Below, piece after piece: positions 49,456 to 61,218 of a stretch of 64,000 nt of DNA (the stretch's first letter is position 1; the number at the start of each line of letters is the position of its first letter). The notes beneath the pieces are model-generated. The model had not been told where the DNA came from and made no database searches. It saw only the letters and a program-made list of their open reading frames with translations. The DNA lies in the NCBI GenBank assembly GCA_000182565.2, contig KQ257459.1. One strand, 5' to 3'. This DNA is from Spizellomyces punctatus DAOM BR117. Its lineage: Eukaryota. Position numbers and translations under genes: made by a program.

Positions 49456-51027
49456 TTAGATTGGCCGCTCTGAGAGCGGTTTATAATATTGAGGATCCAA
49501 TCCGGCACGCAGTCTGTCCTCTGGAAGCAAGCGCTAAGTGTCTGCCGTGGATGGTACCATATGGATATGTCTTACCTTCATTAAATGGCGGCTTTAACAA
49601 GCCACGGAAATATTTTCTTACGATCGCATGGAAATGTATGTAGCGGTCCAGGCCGTTTTCAGATGTAAACCAGGAGAACCATCGCTGACCTGCAGCCACT
49701 GTACCGAGGGCAATTTCGACGGGCCATTATGACTTGTACGGATATCTACCGCAAACAGATCAGCGCTTACCATGTGTGATTTCGTCCTGTTTCGCGCGAT
49801 TACAGTATCAGACATGTCGACATTGCTCAAGGGATATCACAAGATCGTACCGAGTGGATAATTTCCAATTTTGCAACTGATTCCTCATCACCAGCTTTTG
49901 CAAACTTTGCTATTGTCTGTGGATTTACATCAAGCCCGCGCGCTTCATGAACCATATGAACGATGGCCAGACGACAGCCAATATCGTGTTGGGTATCCAT
50001 TGCAGAGTCCCATAATCCGCCATGCACCGACAATGCACCAAAGCGCGAGCCAAGCGCAACGAGTCGCTCATTCAAATACGTAAAATGTTTGGCCTCATCA
50101 GACGCAACTTTGATAAAATCTGTGAAGAAATCTCTCGGCAAGTCGGCACCCGTGGGTGTTTTGTAACCAGCAAACCGTGCAATAATGTCCCAGGCAAGGT
50201 CTATTGCCCACTGCTCTACGTTTGCGAGTGCATGCAAAATGGCCACCCGACTTTCGACAGAGCCACCCTTACCTAACCGACGAGTCTTGCCGGGTAGCAC
50301 TTCGGTTAGATACTCTTCCCTGGCGGGACGCTCGGGAGGCGTTCCTGTACCAATTTCTAAAATCGCATTTGCCTTCCATAGGTCCGCAACGTTGTGAGTC
50401 AGTCGCACCTTCTCCGCTGGATCCGGCGTTTCCAAGATTGTTATTGCCCAATCCACCAGAGTTCGGCTTGTTTGGACATTTTTTAGAGCAGGGGCTTGTG
50501 GCCTTCGCCGTTCCTTATCCTTGCTTGGGACTAATTATCTTAGCGTCAGAAGAAGGGTTTCTTATTTCTAGCCCAGTATGACTACCTTCAAAAAGTTTTA
50601 CGGATCGGACCTTGCTCCCTTGATCCAGGTACAGTACGATTTCATCCCCTTCAACCACTACAGGAAGTGTCCCAGCTTTGTGCAATTCACACTGCGGGCT
50701 GACTCCCGTTGTGAGAGAGAAGCGATAGGCATGCCAGGGGCATATGATAGAAGGGTCCGTGGCGAGGTCTTCCAAGTCCCCCAAATGCAAAGGTCCTACA
50801 AAAGGATGCTTTAGCGGAAATATCATCATATTGCTTTGTGTGTTATGAAGGCTACCTGAGCTGTGGGGACAAACAGACTCAACACACCAGTACTTCCCCT
50901 CGCTTCTCGATCCCACCAGGACAATCTCCGTAGAGTGCACACCATCGTGGGAGTCAACATGTATTAGTGCCCTCTTGGGACCGTCGATTTCACCAACGTG
51001 ACAAGTAACATTTCGGGTTCCCGTCAT
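49456..51027 (-). CDS. Rieske [2Fe-2S] domain fused to a DUF455 ferritin-like domain
   Basis: Rieske ligands CPH..CPWH. An in-frame splice leads into LHALANVEQWAIDLAWD, DEAKH, VHEARGLD, DEITH and LKPPFN..RAGL; stop at 49456. Confidence 0.9.
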
Positions 51028-51435
51028 CGGCTTGATGTATGCAAGTAGGAACGCAATGCATTCTATTCGGCTGCTTGGAGAGAACTTCAAGCAGATTCCG
51101 TAAGCCGATCAAATTAACAACGTGGCGCGCCTTCATCCTGGCTACAGATCGTCTCAATCCATGCTGACCAAAAGGTTGTTCACCGACTGATGTGAACGTG
51201 GAGGTAGCGGTGGGCTGTAGTGGGCTGCATGTTAGATTGTCCAAATTACTGGTGTAAGCAGCTCCGCTAGTGGGAAGGCCAATGTGCGATAGCCCCTGTT
51301 TGCCTTGTTGAGCCAGTGGTCCAATGGTCCTGGTTCTTTTCGTAACTAGTTCCAAGCTGTTGCTTCTTGTACACATTGATTTATGGCAATATTAAACTTC
51401 CAAGTCTTAGCAATGATTTATTACAATGTTAGATT

Positions 51436-54400
51436 TCATCCCTTAGCACTCGCTTGCACCTCTTTAAGGATATGTGCTATAATAGGTTGGGTTTCCCTTG
51501 ATATCGCAGTGGATAAACCAGCAAGCAACTGATTCAGGAGATGCTCATCGAAACGACTTCTTAGACGCTGGACGAGCTTCTTCAGCACTTTGGCACTGGC
51601 TTCTCGTACTGCCGTGTACTAATAAAGAGACGTCAGCAACGAGGATAATTTTGACCCAGGACGTAACAGCAAGTTTACCTTTGTATCTTCCAGGGACGTA
51701 AATAAGCTACGGAGGAAATCTGAAATAATCTCGCTATCTAGAACCGAGCTTGATGCCTCAACATCCAGTTTCTCGAAATACAAGTCCATCGCCTCCAATA
51801 CTGCTAATCGCACATTCCACACGTTGCCATCGAGGTTTCTGGCGAGCAAAGTGCCCAAGGTTTTCGCATATTTGACTAAAATCTTATGTTAGCGCTTCAT
51901 CATTGTAACTTCCCCTTGAGTGCAGACGTACCCTGCGTCTGTGCGTTGCGTGGCCAAGATAATCCAAGAGCTTTGAAAGCGACCGCTTTAATTGCCAGCC
52001 CCAGCGGTTTTGCATGGGGCTCATCAACGTCCATTTCATCCTGTTCGTCCGTACAAAGATCGACGAGATGCTCTTGAACCTCTTCGAATCTGTCAATTTG
52101 TAGTGAATTTAATGCCGTACCCATAGCCTCCATACTATGGCGTTTGTAGGCTTTGTTGTTCTTCTTTGCTTCGCGAATCATGACGTTAACAATTGTCTCG
52201 GCCATCCCGGCGTTTTCCGGATTCAAAATCCATTCACGGCATTCGACGGTCGTAGTTGCTAGCGCGCTGATAACAACCTCTTTTCCCTCCCATGTTCGTC
52301 CCGCCAAAGCATCGATCAACATCTGAATTGCAACTCCGGTTTGCGTCCCGAAAGCAGTTCCTAACACCTTGGACATATCGCTTATCGCTTGAGCCACTTG
52401 CTTTTTGACACCCCAAGACGAGGTAGTTGCCATCAAGATCTTCATCTTCGATAGCATCTCCAGCATCCAAACCCGGACCGCTCCGGATGATCCTCCTGTC
52501 ATCTCCTCCCACACTGATACCCACACTACTTTGATAGATTCTCGCGGGTCACGGGCACCAAGATACGCCACGGGAAGGACGTACTGTTGGAAATCTTTCA
52601 GTCTTTCCGGTGCGCGACGAGAAATTTCCAGCAAAGTGATGCCCGCTATGGATGCAATCTCCTCATCTTCGCTGTCAAAGTAAGCCTTTTCCAGATCCTC
52701 CAACAACTTTACCAGGGCTTTATCAGATGCCAATCGTGCTATGTAGCCGATCGCACCCGCAAAGGCTTTTCGTATTACTGGGGAACGGTCGTGAACGGCG
52801 CTTTTTAGCGACTGAAGGATCCTACATGCAAAATCGCTATCAGTAAATACTGTAGTAACTGGTTCAAACTGAGAGAATCTGTCTGACGTACCCGTCCGCA
52901 TACGGCTTTAACTCGCTGGGCACCCTCTGTACCAGGGAATATACAAACCGTGCACATCCCGCTTTCGTGGGCAACCCAACACCTTTCCGGATCAAAGTAT
53001 TCAAGCGGGGAACAATTGCTGGCAAGGTGGCTTCGTCTATCTGATCGACAAGACGTGAGATGGCATCCATGATGGGTGACATTTTTGTCGCGCTTAGACG
53101 GGAGCTTTCCAGCTGCTCAGCAGATATGCTGTATTTATCGGTATGAAATGTAAGGTAGTCTATCGTCAAGGACAAATTGTAAGTGTTATTCCTGTTGAGT
53201 GAACAAATATGTGCTGAAACTCACTCAAAACCTGTGGCTCAAGGCTACTCAGAGACTCTAAAAGAGTTCCAATGAGGTCGGCCAGATGCGGCTTCAGTAG
53301 AGCGCCTCCTTTGCTACAAATCTTCAGCAATGTCGCCAAAGAATGATTTCGCACATCCTCCGCCATTGACCCAAGACCTTTACTCTGAACGGCAGCGGAT
53401 TAGTGAAGTGCACTTATTCACAGCTACATGTTGGGCCTACCAAGAAAAAGGGGACAATGATTGCAGTTATCTTGGACCCTTCTGATAGTGACACCACCGA
53501 CGGGTCACAATAGCGAACCGTGATGTTGGTCAGGGTTTTGCATGTTTTGAACGCAGCAATGCGTACACTTTCTTTGATATCATCGAGGACGCGAAAACAC
53601 ATAGTCCACATGTCCTCCAGATAAGGCCGCAGTTGCTCCATGGTCTTCCCTTGAATCAAGTCAGCTAGTGCCAAGCAGCTAGAGAAAAGTCAGATAAAGT
53701 TGCGTAACCATTCTAACAACAAAGTTGGCGTACCTAGCTTCTCTCGTGCGCCACTGACGTTCCCCTAGATTCTTCAGCAGATCTTGCATAATGAGTGCAA
53801 AGTACTCATCAAGCACCTTCTTCGGCTCCTTAATTAAACTCTTCCAAATATTCTGCATGCTCTCAGCAACTTTTGGATTGGGGTCAAATTGAAATCTGTA
53901 CAGTTTTGGCACCATCTGAGGCAAATGTGGTTGCAGCTCCGCAGTTGCTTGGGCTGCAATAGCCGAGAAACCTAAACTAGCGCCTCGTCGCGAAGTCCAG
54001 ATGGCATTATGCGAAGCCAACGACATGAAGCGATAAACAAGATCGGGTTGATTGAGATCGGACGCCAAGGAGAGAATGGATTGGTAAGTTCCGCTTAATT
54101 TCTCTCCATCAGGTGCGGATCCCAGTGCATTTTCCGAAAAGATTTGAGTTTCGCCGGACACGCTTTGCGGGGTGATCTTCCGTCCTTCTGTTAATGTACC
54201 AACGAGCGATGTAACAAGTTCGGAACGGACACTCCCATCGCCAAGTTCAAAAACCAGTCCCATGCCTTTTGAGGCTATTTCTTGCGTAAAATCTTTATGA
54301 CCGAGACGTTAGCGATGATAAGTAAATGAGCGTCGAACTAGTAAAACATACCATCTCTGTCACTCAGTAAGCTTGTGAAAGCGTTTTGTATTCTGACCAC

Positions 54401-57400
54401 GTTTGACTGAGAAGAAGAGTACAAGATGAGTCGCGAAGACGTAGCCCGACGAAATATGTGAATTGCGTACAGTTACGATGGAGTGCTGTCCGCCATATTT
54501 GACAAAACACAGAAGCCAAATGGCCACATTTTTCCTGACGATCGGTCTGCTCCCTGGCTTGATGTCGTCCAATATGCGGTCCAGTATCTGCGTCGCTAAT
54601 GTGGTAGGAGGTGTCGGAACGGACAATTCGCTAACATCAGCGATGTCTAGATAGCGCTCCATGTGCGTTGCAGTGAAACCGCAGGCGGCGGCAGTCACTG
54701 CCTCCCCTATGGTAAAGTGGATCTCCACCTGTTTTGTAATGGTGGCTGACAACGTGAAGAAATATTCTAGAATACGAGCTCCCAGAGCTGGGTCCCCTAT
54801 GGCAAGGTGACCAAGAGATGCAATGATCTGTTCCTGAACCTGAAATGAGAGAACAAGCTTAAAGGTCATATAGTAGCCATATACTGTGTCGAAAGCATCC
54901 ACTACCTTGGCTTCCTTGGTCTTCTTTGCAATTGAAACCATTCTGTCAATGAAATCTGTTGAAGTTTTGGAGTCCACAGGTAGAGGCGCATATCTCCCAC
55001 ATTCAGCTAGTGCTTGGGCTGCTCCGATAACCTCCAGACTCGAATCGGCTTCAAGGAACTGTCCGATCCTCTGGACCATAAGTGATAGTATTGCAGGCGG
55101 TACGTAGGCAGCGGGTTCCTTGTAGCGATATAATAATCGACCCGCGATGGAACCGAGAGCAAGGGTCGCGCCATTGCGATTTTCGAAGGACGTCTGCCAT
55201 GAAACGTAAATAGGAGGCAGGTGAAAGAAGGTCATACGCAAAGCAACGGGGCCACCTGTGCGGAAGAATCGGACACCGACAAAATTTCTTGAATAAGATT
55301 GACAATCCTTTCACTTCTATCTTTGTTTTCAAGACCACTGGTTGCAACGATGGCAAGAATATTAGCCATTGAAGCGCGAGTCTCCGATCTCGAAGATGTC
55401 AAAAAGGACTAAAAAAGTTGTATGAGCATTTTTATTACACCAATGGTACGAGAGAGCGCCCACATACCTTGAGCCAGTCAATTCTGTCACTATACGATGT
55501 CGATAACTCCGATGGACATAATGACACCAACTCGAACAGACAAGATGCAGCCACAGACTGCAGTAAGGCATCTGCTGGGGGTAAATAATCGTATTGCACA
55601 ATATTGCTATTCAAGCCGTTACCGTACCTGAACTTTCAGATTTCAGTGCAAATTCAATAAATTCAAGGAACATTTGAAGTGGCCTTCGACGGTCCTCATT
55701 ATTGTAAGCTGTTTGCAGGACATTTTTAAGCGCAGTTCTCGTCGTGCCCGCAAGCGAGGTGAGATCGTCCCCGTCATCATAACTGGCACTGGGGTCTGCA
55801 TGAATAATCAGCAATTTCCTTAGATACTTCAGTGCATCTGTGTACGTATCAGCAGTGAAAGATCCAACCCATTGCGAGCCTGGAGGTTTCACCGCCTTAA
55901 GCCGAGTCTCCCGAGATTTTTGTAACAAAAGCGACATCATTTCGTCAAATTTTGGCAATTGGAGTTGCCACTCTGCAAGGTCTTGCCCTTGAACCGGCGG
56001 ATTCGGGAGAGACAAACCGCGCGTCGCCACATCCCGGACATCAGGTTTTTGATCAGAGGCCCCAATGAGACATAGGTATTGGCGGAGGGGGTACGAAGGC
56101 GGAAAGACCACGGTTGCGTACTTCAGCGCTACATAACGTGCTTGAGGTTCACTCTGCAAAACATGCACTGAGATTTACATCCACCTTGACCATACATCGC
56201 TTTCAAGGTGAGGAAATGGTACCTTATCGATATTTTCCAGAAGAAGCCTCTCGAGTTCTTGACGCTCTTGTCCAGCTGCCAGTCCTTTGTATGCATGAGC
56301 CATATTAGACAATGCGTCCTGAATAGAAATTCGGACGTTCCTTGGCTCCGTTGAAAGCGCCTTGAAGAAGTCGAATAAAATCGATGTATCGAAACATTCC
56401 GGAGCTGTTCCAGCGCGCGCACATTAACTTAAATATCCAGGGTTTCCTGCACCTTTGAAGTGCCAATACCTCTCTTTGATAGTAAACCAACAGCTTCATA
56501 CGCGAAGCCTCGCAGTCCACTTTCTGATTCATTCCCAGGTGCAGGTTCTTGCTCGCTGATGAAACGTAAGACTCCGGACAGCAAGACTGGAGCGACAGAC
56601 TTGATGGTCTCTGCACTCGCCATACGCGCAATCCACTGCACAAAAGACATTCCTGAGGCCCGTAATCTGGGCGTTGTTGTATCCCCTGGTACGTTGGCAA
56701 CGTGAAGTCAGAGCGTGTTTCCAGCAGCGAACAACAAAAAAAAAAGGTCGTGCCCTAACCATAGATAGCATCAAAGCTCACTTGCAGTGCGTGCGGGAAT
56801 TTATTCGTGGCACGAGCCGACTGCAAAAGAAACCCCAGTACCTTATTTTTTAGTGTTACTGATCCCGGACTTCGGATCCGGCTTAAGTTGGAGATTTGGC
56901 CCGTCCCTTGATATAAGAAATATAGTGCCTGAACCACCTATGATTCAAATGGATTGGTGAGGGGGGAATTGAAGAGTAAGGCTGTAATGTAACATACCTG
57001 TTCATCTTCCATATTTGGCTTCGATTGCCGCCTCAGACCATCCTCTCCAGCGTCAACGATTTCATGATTGCTGTCACTGGCTAGCGCAACATATACTTTG
57101 AACTTTTCCAAAACAAAGTCTTGTTCTTGAATCAAGGAGGACTTTGATAACAGCCGTGCAATACCGAGCTTCAGATGCCGCAGCTCCGTTGCATTCCGAA
57201 CCCACAATGCTTTCCCATTGTTTGTAAGAAACAAAATTGCCTCTTTGCTGAGACTAGGTGGTATGAAGGGCTCGTTATTGGATTCCCCAGGTCTAGTAGA
57301 TGAGATACATTAAGTGCATCTTCAGAGCAAATTACAAATCTGCCGTGCTCAACTTATTTCCAGCGGCTGGGATTGTATAGAGCGCAAGATCTAGAAATTT

Positions 57401-58100
57401 ATCAAGCAAAAACTTCAGATCCGCTGGGCGTTCTCTCCAGTGGAATGGGTCATCATTGATGCCATGTGGCAAGCTCAGGCGGTCAGGATTCAAATCAGCG
57501 AGCACCTAACCATTAAGGGCATTAAGATTTTGCTTCAGGTTAACGCAAGGCATAGAAATAATGGACATAGTACCGGAAGGGCAATCTGAAATAAGATTGT
57601 TTGCTGGGCTGGAAGGCGATCTGCCAATCCCCGCAGCAGTCCAGGAAGTAGTTTGATTTGCTCCTCCAGTCCAATCCGATGGAAACCCATCTCTAGATAG
57701 ATGAGAATAAAATTTCGTACAAGCTGAGAGGTCGTTTCCACTCCAAAGAGATCCAAGAGGGCAGCAAGGGGCAACTTCAATGCCAAGTCTGCCTTCAAAC
57801 GTTTGCTGACATGGCTGCAAATACCCATGACCTGCTCCGTTTATGATTAGAGCGGATACATTTTTGCGCGTTTTTAAAGCACTTTCGTACCTTGGCACGA
57901 ACTGCTTCATGTGGACTGTCTAACTTCGCAAGCACAGGGACAAGAAAATGACCAAGAGATTTCTCAAATCGTTCATTTGTGTCAGCCAAGGCAAAGCGTA
58001 ACTCCACCGTTTCTAATAATTCTACAAGGGTGGAAGGATCCGTAAGCGGCTGGGTAGCGCAGCCACCACCGAGTTCCTTACCTATTTCCTTCTCCGCCAT
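51436..58100 (-). CDS. ECM29: Proteasome adaptor/scaffold Ecm29 (HEAT repeats)
   Basis: ELLETVELRFALADT..LVPVLAKLDS, LASDLNQPDLVYRFMSLASH, PKLYRFQFDPN, WRTREA, DDIKESVR, KGVGLPTKAG and LAGRTWEGKE. Many introns. Confidence 0.95.
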
Positions 58101-58302
58101 TCCTGCAATGTGATAACCTCCAGAAGATTTCCTGGTGAAGAGTCGGCCTTTTACCAACATATTAGACATCGCGTCCGCGTCAGTGGCACAGTTTTGAATG
58201 CAATATAACCTAAAATGGATACCCGTGACCTGGTCACGAACCTGCAGTCAGCAACAACCCAAGCGGTCTGCGGCTTTCGGCGCCGATCACCAGTTGATTG
58301 GA

Positions 58303-60027
58303 ATGTCACATCACAATGTGCACTCACAGCTTTTGACATTGAGCCACTCGACCTTAGAGGCAGAGTTGCCGCTACTCTCAGACTCTCCCTCTTCAGACTC
58401 GTGCTCGTGCGGACAGGTCTATCACAAGATCACTTCACTGTTAAGGGACAAGGATGAGGAAATAAAAGTTGCAGCAGGTTGGTTCCCAAGTTCGCAGAAA
58501 CCTTGTCCCCCTCTCCGACTCACCTCAAAATTACTTTAGAGTTGGGCTTAACTCTGTTGACCAAGGTCAGGGAGCTGGAAGTCGACAAAGAAGAACTGGA
58601 GCTTCAGGTAAGAAAACAATCGCCCATACTGCTGGGACTTTTGGTGACCATGGACTGGCTTCAAGTTGTACGAAGCTCGGAAAGCAGACACGGAGAAGAG
58701 TAGAAAGCTAAGCGAAACGGAAAGCGCTCTGAGAATTTTGGAGGAGGCAGTTTCACGTGCCGATTGCGACAATGAGCGCAAAGATAAACAGATTGAGAAT
58801 CTGCAGAAACTCTTGAAGCGAGAGAAAGACCTGAATGGAAAGCTTGAAGAGAAGGCGGACTTGCTGTCTCAAGAACTTGCGAAAACTAAGGAAGGAGCGG
58901 ATATCGCAATCAGAGAGCGAAATAAAGCGCGTTCTGAGCTAAAGTCTATCCAGGCACAGCGGGAAAAAGTCCCGCGTAGTAAAGAAGTGGATATGGGGAA
59001 AGACCAAAAAATAAATTTAAATCCGAAAGATGAACCGCCTGCCGACACGGATGTTCAAATGCTGTTAGTTCTGGCAAAGGAGCTACAAGCCGCAAACCGC
59101 AATCTAAGAGGCGACTTGAAGGCTGCAGAAGAGCGGATTTATATTCTAGAAAACGACATCAGTGAGGCCAATAGACTTCTTCACGACTCACGGCTCGATC
59201 AAGAACGGCTACGAACCCACGTGCAAGACAGTGCATCCATTGTCTCAACGGGGTCGTCCCCGATGACCTCAGTTTTTGGCGAATTGGAAAACGTAATTAA
59301 GAGGACACGTCAGCATGATGACTTTGCTCTTGAAGACAGGGCAACTGGAACAGCCGTGCCGGCAGCGAGCGATATCCAAGTGCCAAGCACCACAGAGTCT
59401 CTACAAACATCCCTTCACTCGCAGCTGCAAACCTTGACGCGCATTGGCAGTCAACTTCGCAATCGGCTGAACTCGACAGATCCGCAGTGCCTTAATCGTA
59501 AAATCAGAAGGAGCTTTGATATGCGGGAATTGTCAAAGTTGTCCAATTCCGTAATCGAAAACATCAAGATGGACGTCAAGGGGCTTCCACTCCGATTCCC
59601 TGTCCTGAAACACTCTGCTGGTCTTCCATCTCTTAGCGAGTTGTACATCATTCTGCTACTTCCGCTAGTGCAACTTGTGCAAACTTTACTGGACGATATC
59701 TGCATTCTCCGGACCACAATTAACGACTATGCTCTCAAAATGTATGACAGCATCTATCAGAGCTCTCAACTTCCGCCACACGCTCCCGTGGTTCCGACCC
59801 CTTCCGAGCGCCCTCCTGAAACCTTGTCGAAGAGCCGATCTCTCTCAAATTTGACATCCTACATATTACCGTCCGCAACGACTGTTGCCACTTGGTTTAG
59901 TAGAAAGCCTCCTGAAACAATAAGCGAGAGCACGGAGAATGAGATTCCTAGTCCACCACCTCGACGCAAAGCCGCCACTTTCGGTGCTACATCCGGCAAA
60001 CGAGTATTTTTGCAAGAGAATTCTTAA
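58303..60027 (+). CDS. Coiled-coil protein with an N-terminal CC1-box-like motif (3' end may extend to ~60345 by splicing)
   Basis: Spliced KDEEIKVAA|ELGLTLL, a long heptad region, and a C-terminal helical segment DPQCLNRKIRRSFDMRELSKLSN. Confidence 0.75.
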
Positions 60028-61218
60028 AAGCCTTGACACTGACGGAAATATCCATTCGCTGGCCTTGCTCGCATTCTGTCGTTCAAGCTTTGCTCACATG
60101 AACGACAGGATGCAAATGATTGTTTCATTTGCCTATACTGCAGAAGGGCTGCTCACAGGACCGTCAAGGAAAATGCTTACTGAGAAGCGTCCCTCCAAAA
60201 ATGGTGAGCTAGATGAAGCGTCCAGAACTGCGGGATGACTCTTATGCTCAAAGACAGGGAGAACGGGATTACACGATTGTTTGCTGAACATAGACCAGTT
60301 GCATGACACGGAAGGACAGCACACAAGCCTCAATCTTGACGTGTAGCGAAGGCAACACACATCCTTTTTGCCCACCCTATTCATATGATGGCGATGCGCG
60401 CATCGTGGGTCTGTTTCTTCTGAACTGGGGTCATGGTTATAGATGATGCACTGAGTCTATTACGCAAGTTGTATTATACATTTAAATTAAGAATATAACG
60501 GCATATTTTGCGGTCCTCGCACGTTCTCCATTGAAGCTTTGGGGATAATGTTGATGTGAAAGCACCCATTCGTTATACAGTTCTGCCATTTATTTTGTTC
60601 GCCTGATGTACGCAAGGTATTTTCGATTTGCTTCATGTTGGGTACGAAGTATGTGGTTGCTTGGCTTGGTTTCTCCATTGTAGCGTGCAATCTAAGCAAG
60701 GAGAACAAAGCCCCCAATCTAATCTGCTGTATTCAGTACGGATTGCCCTCAAGTTGGGAATGTAATTACTGAGGAGAGAGTAACCCTAGAGCTCATTACC
60801 CTCCCGTTTTTCTCAAGTTTTAATGGGGTGCTGTAGGCAACTTCGTATTTTATTTGTTGCGCGTTGTGGTAGACCGCCGCTGTGTCCTTTCTTGCTAGTT
60901 TAATACCGGTGGTACAGTGCCACGTTGCATGGCTGGATGTTGGCAGATGTTTGCTAGATTATGTACTTTGCATGCATACATTCGAACAGGAGATAACCCC
61001 TGCAGCATCAAGTTTGCATTTTTAAAGCATAAAATAATCCTCAGCTTTCGAAGAACTCAAAAAGACTGGGTGCATACTGACTATGCTAGTCCGAATTAAT
61101 ATATACGTTTTTCATCTTCAATCTGTTAAGCAAGGACTCTATTTATATTTCTATGATGTCTAAGATATAATAGAACGTTCGACAGTAATGTATGAGGGTA
61201 TTCCCTAAGTTAAAGCAA

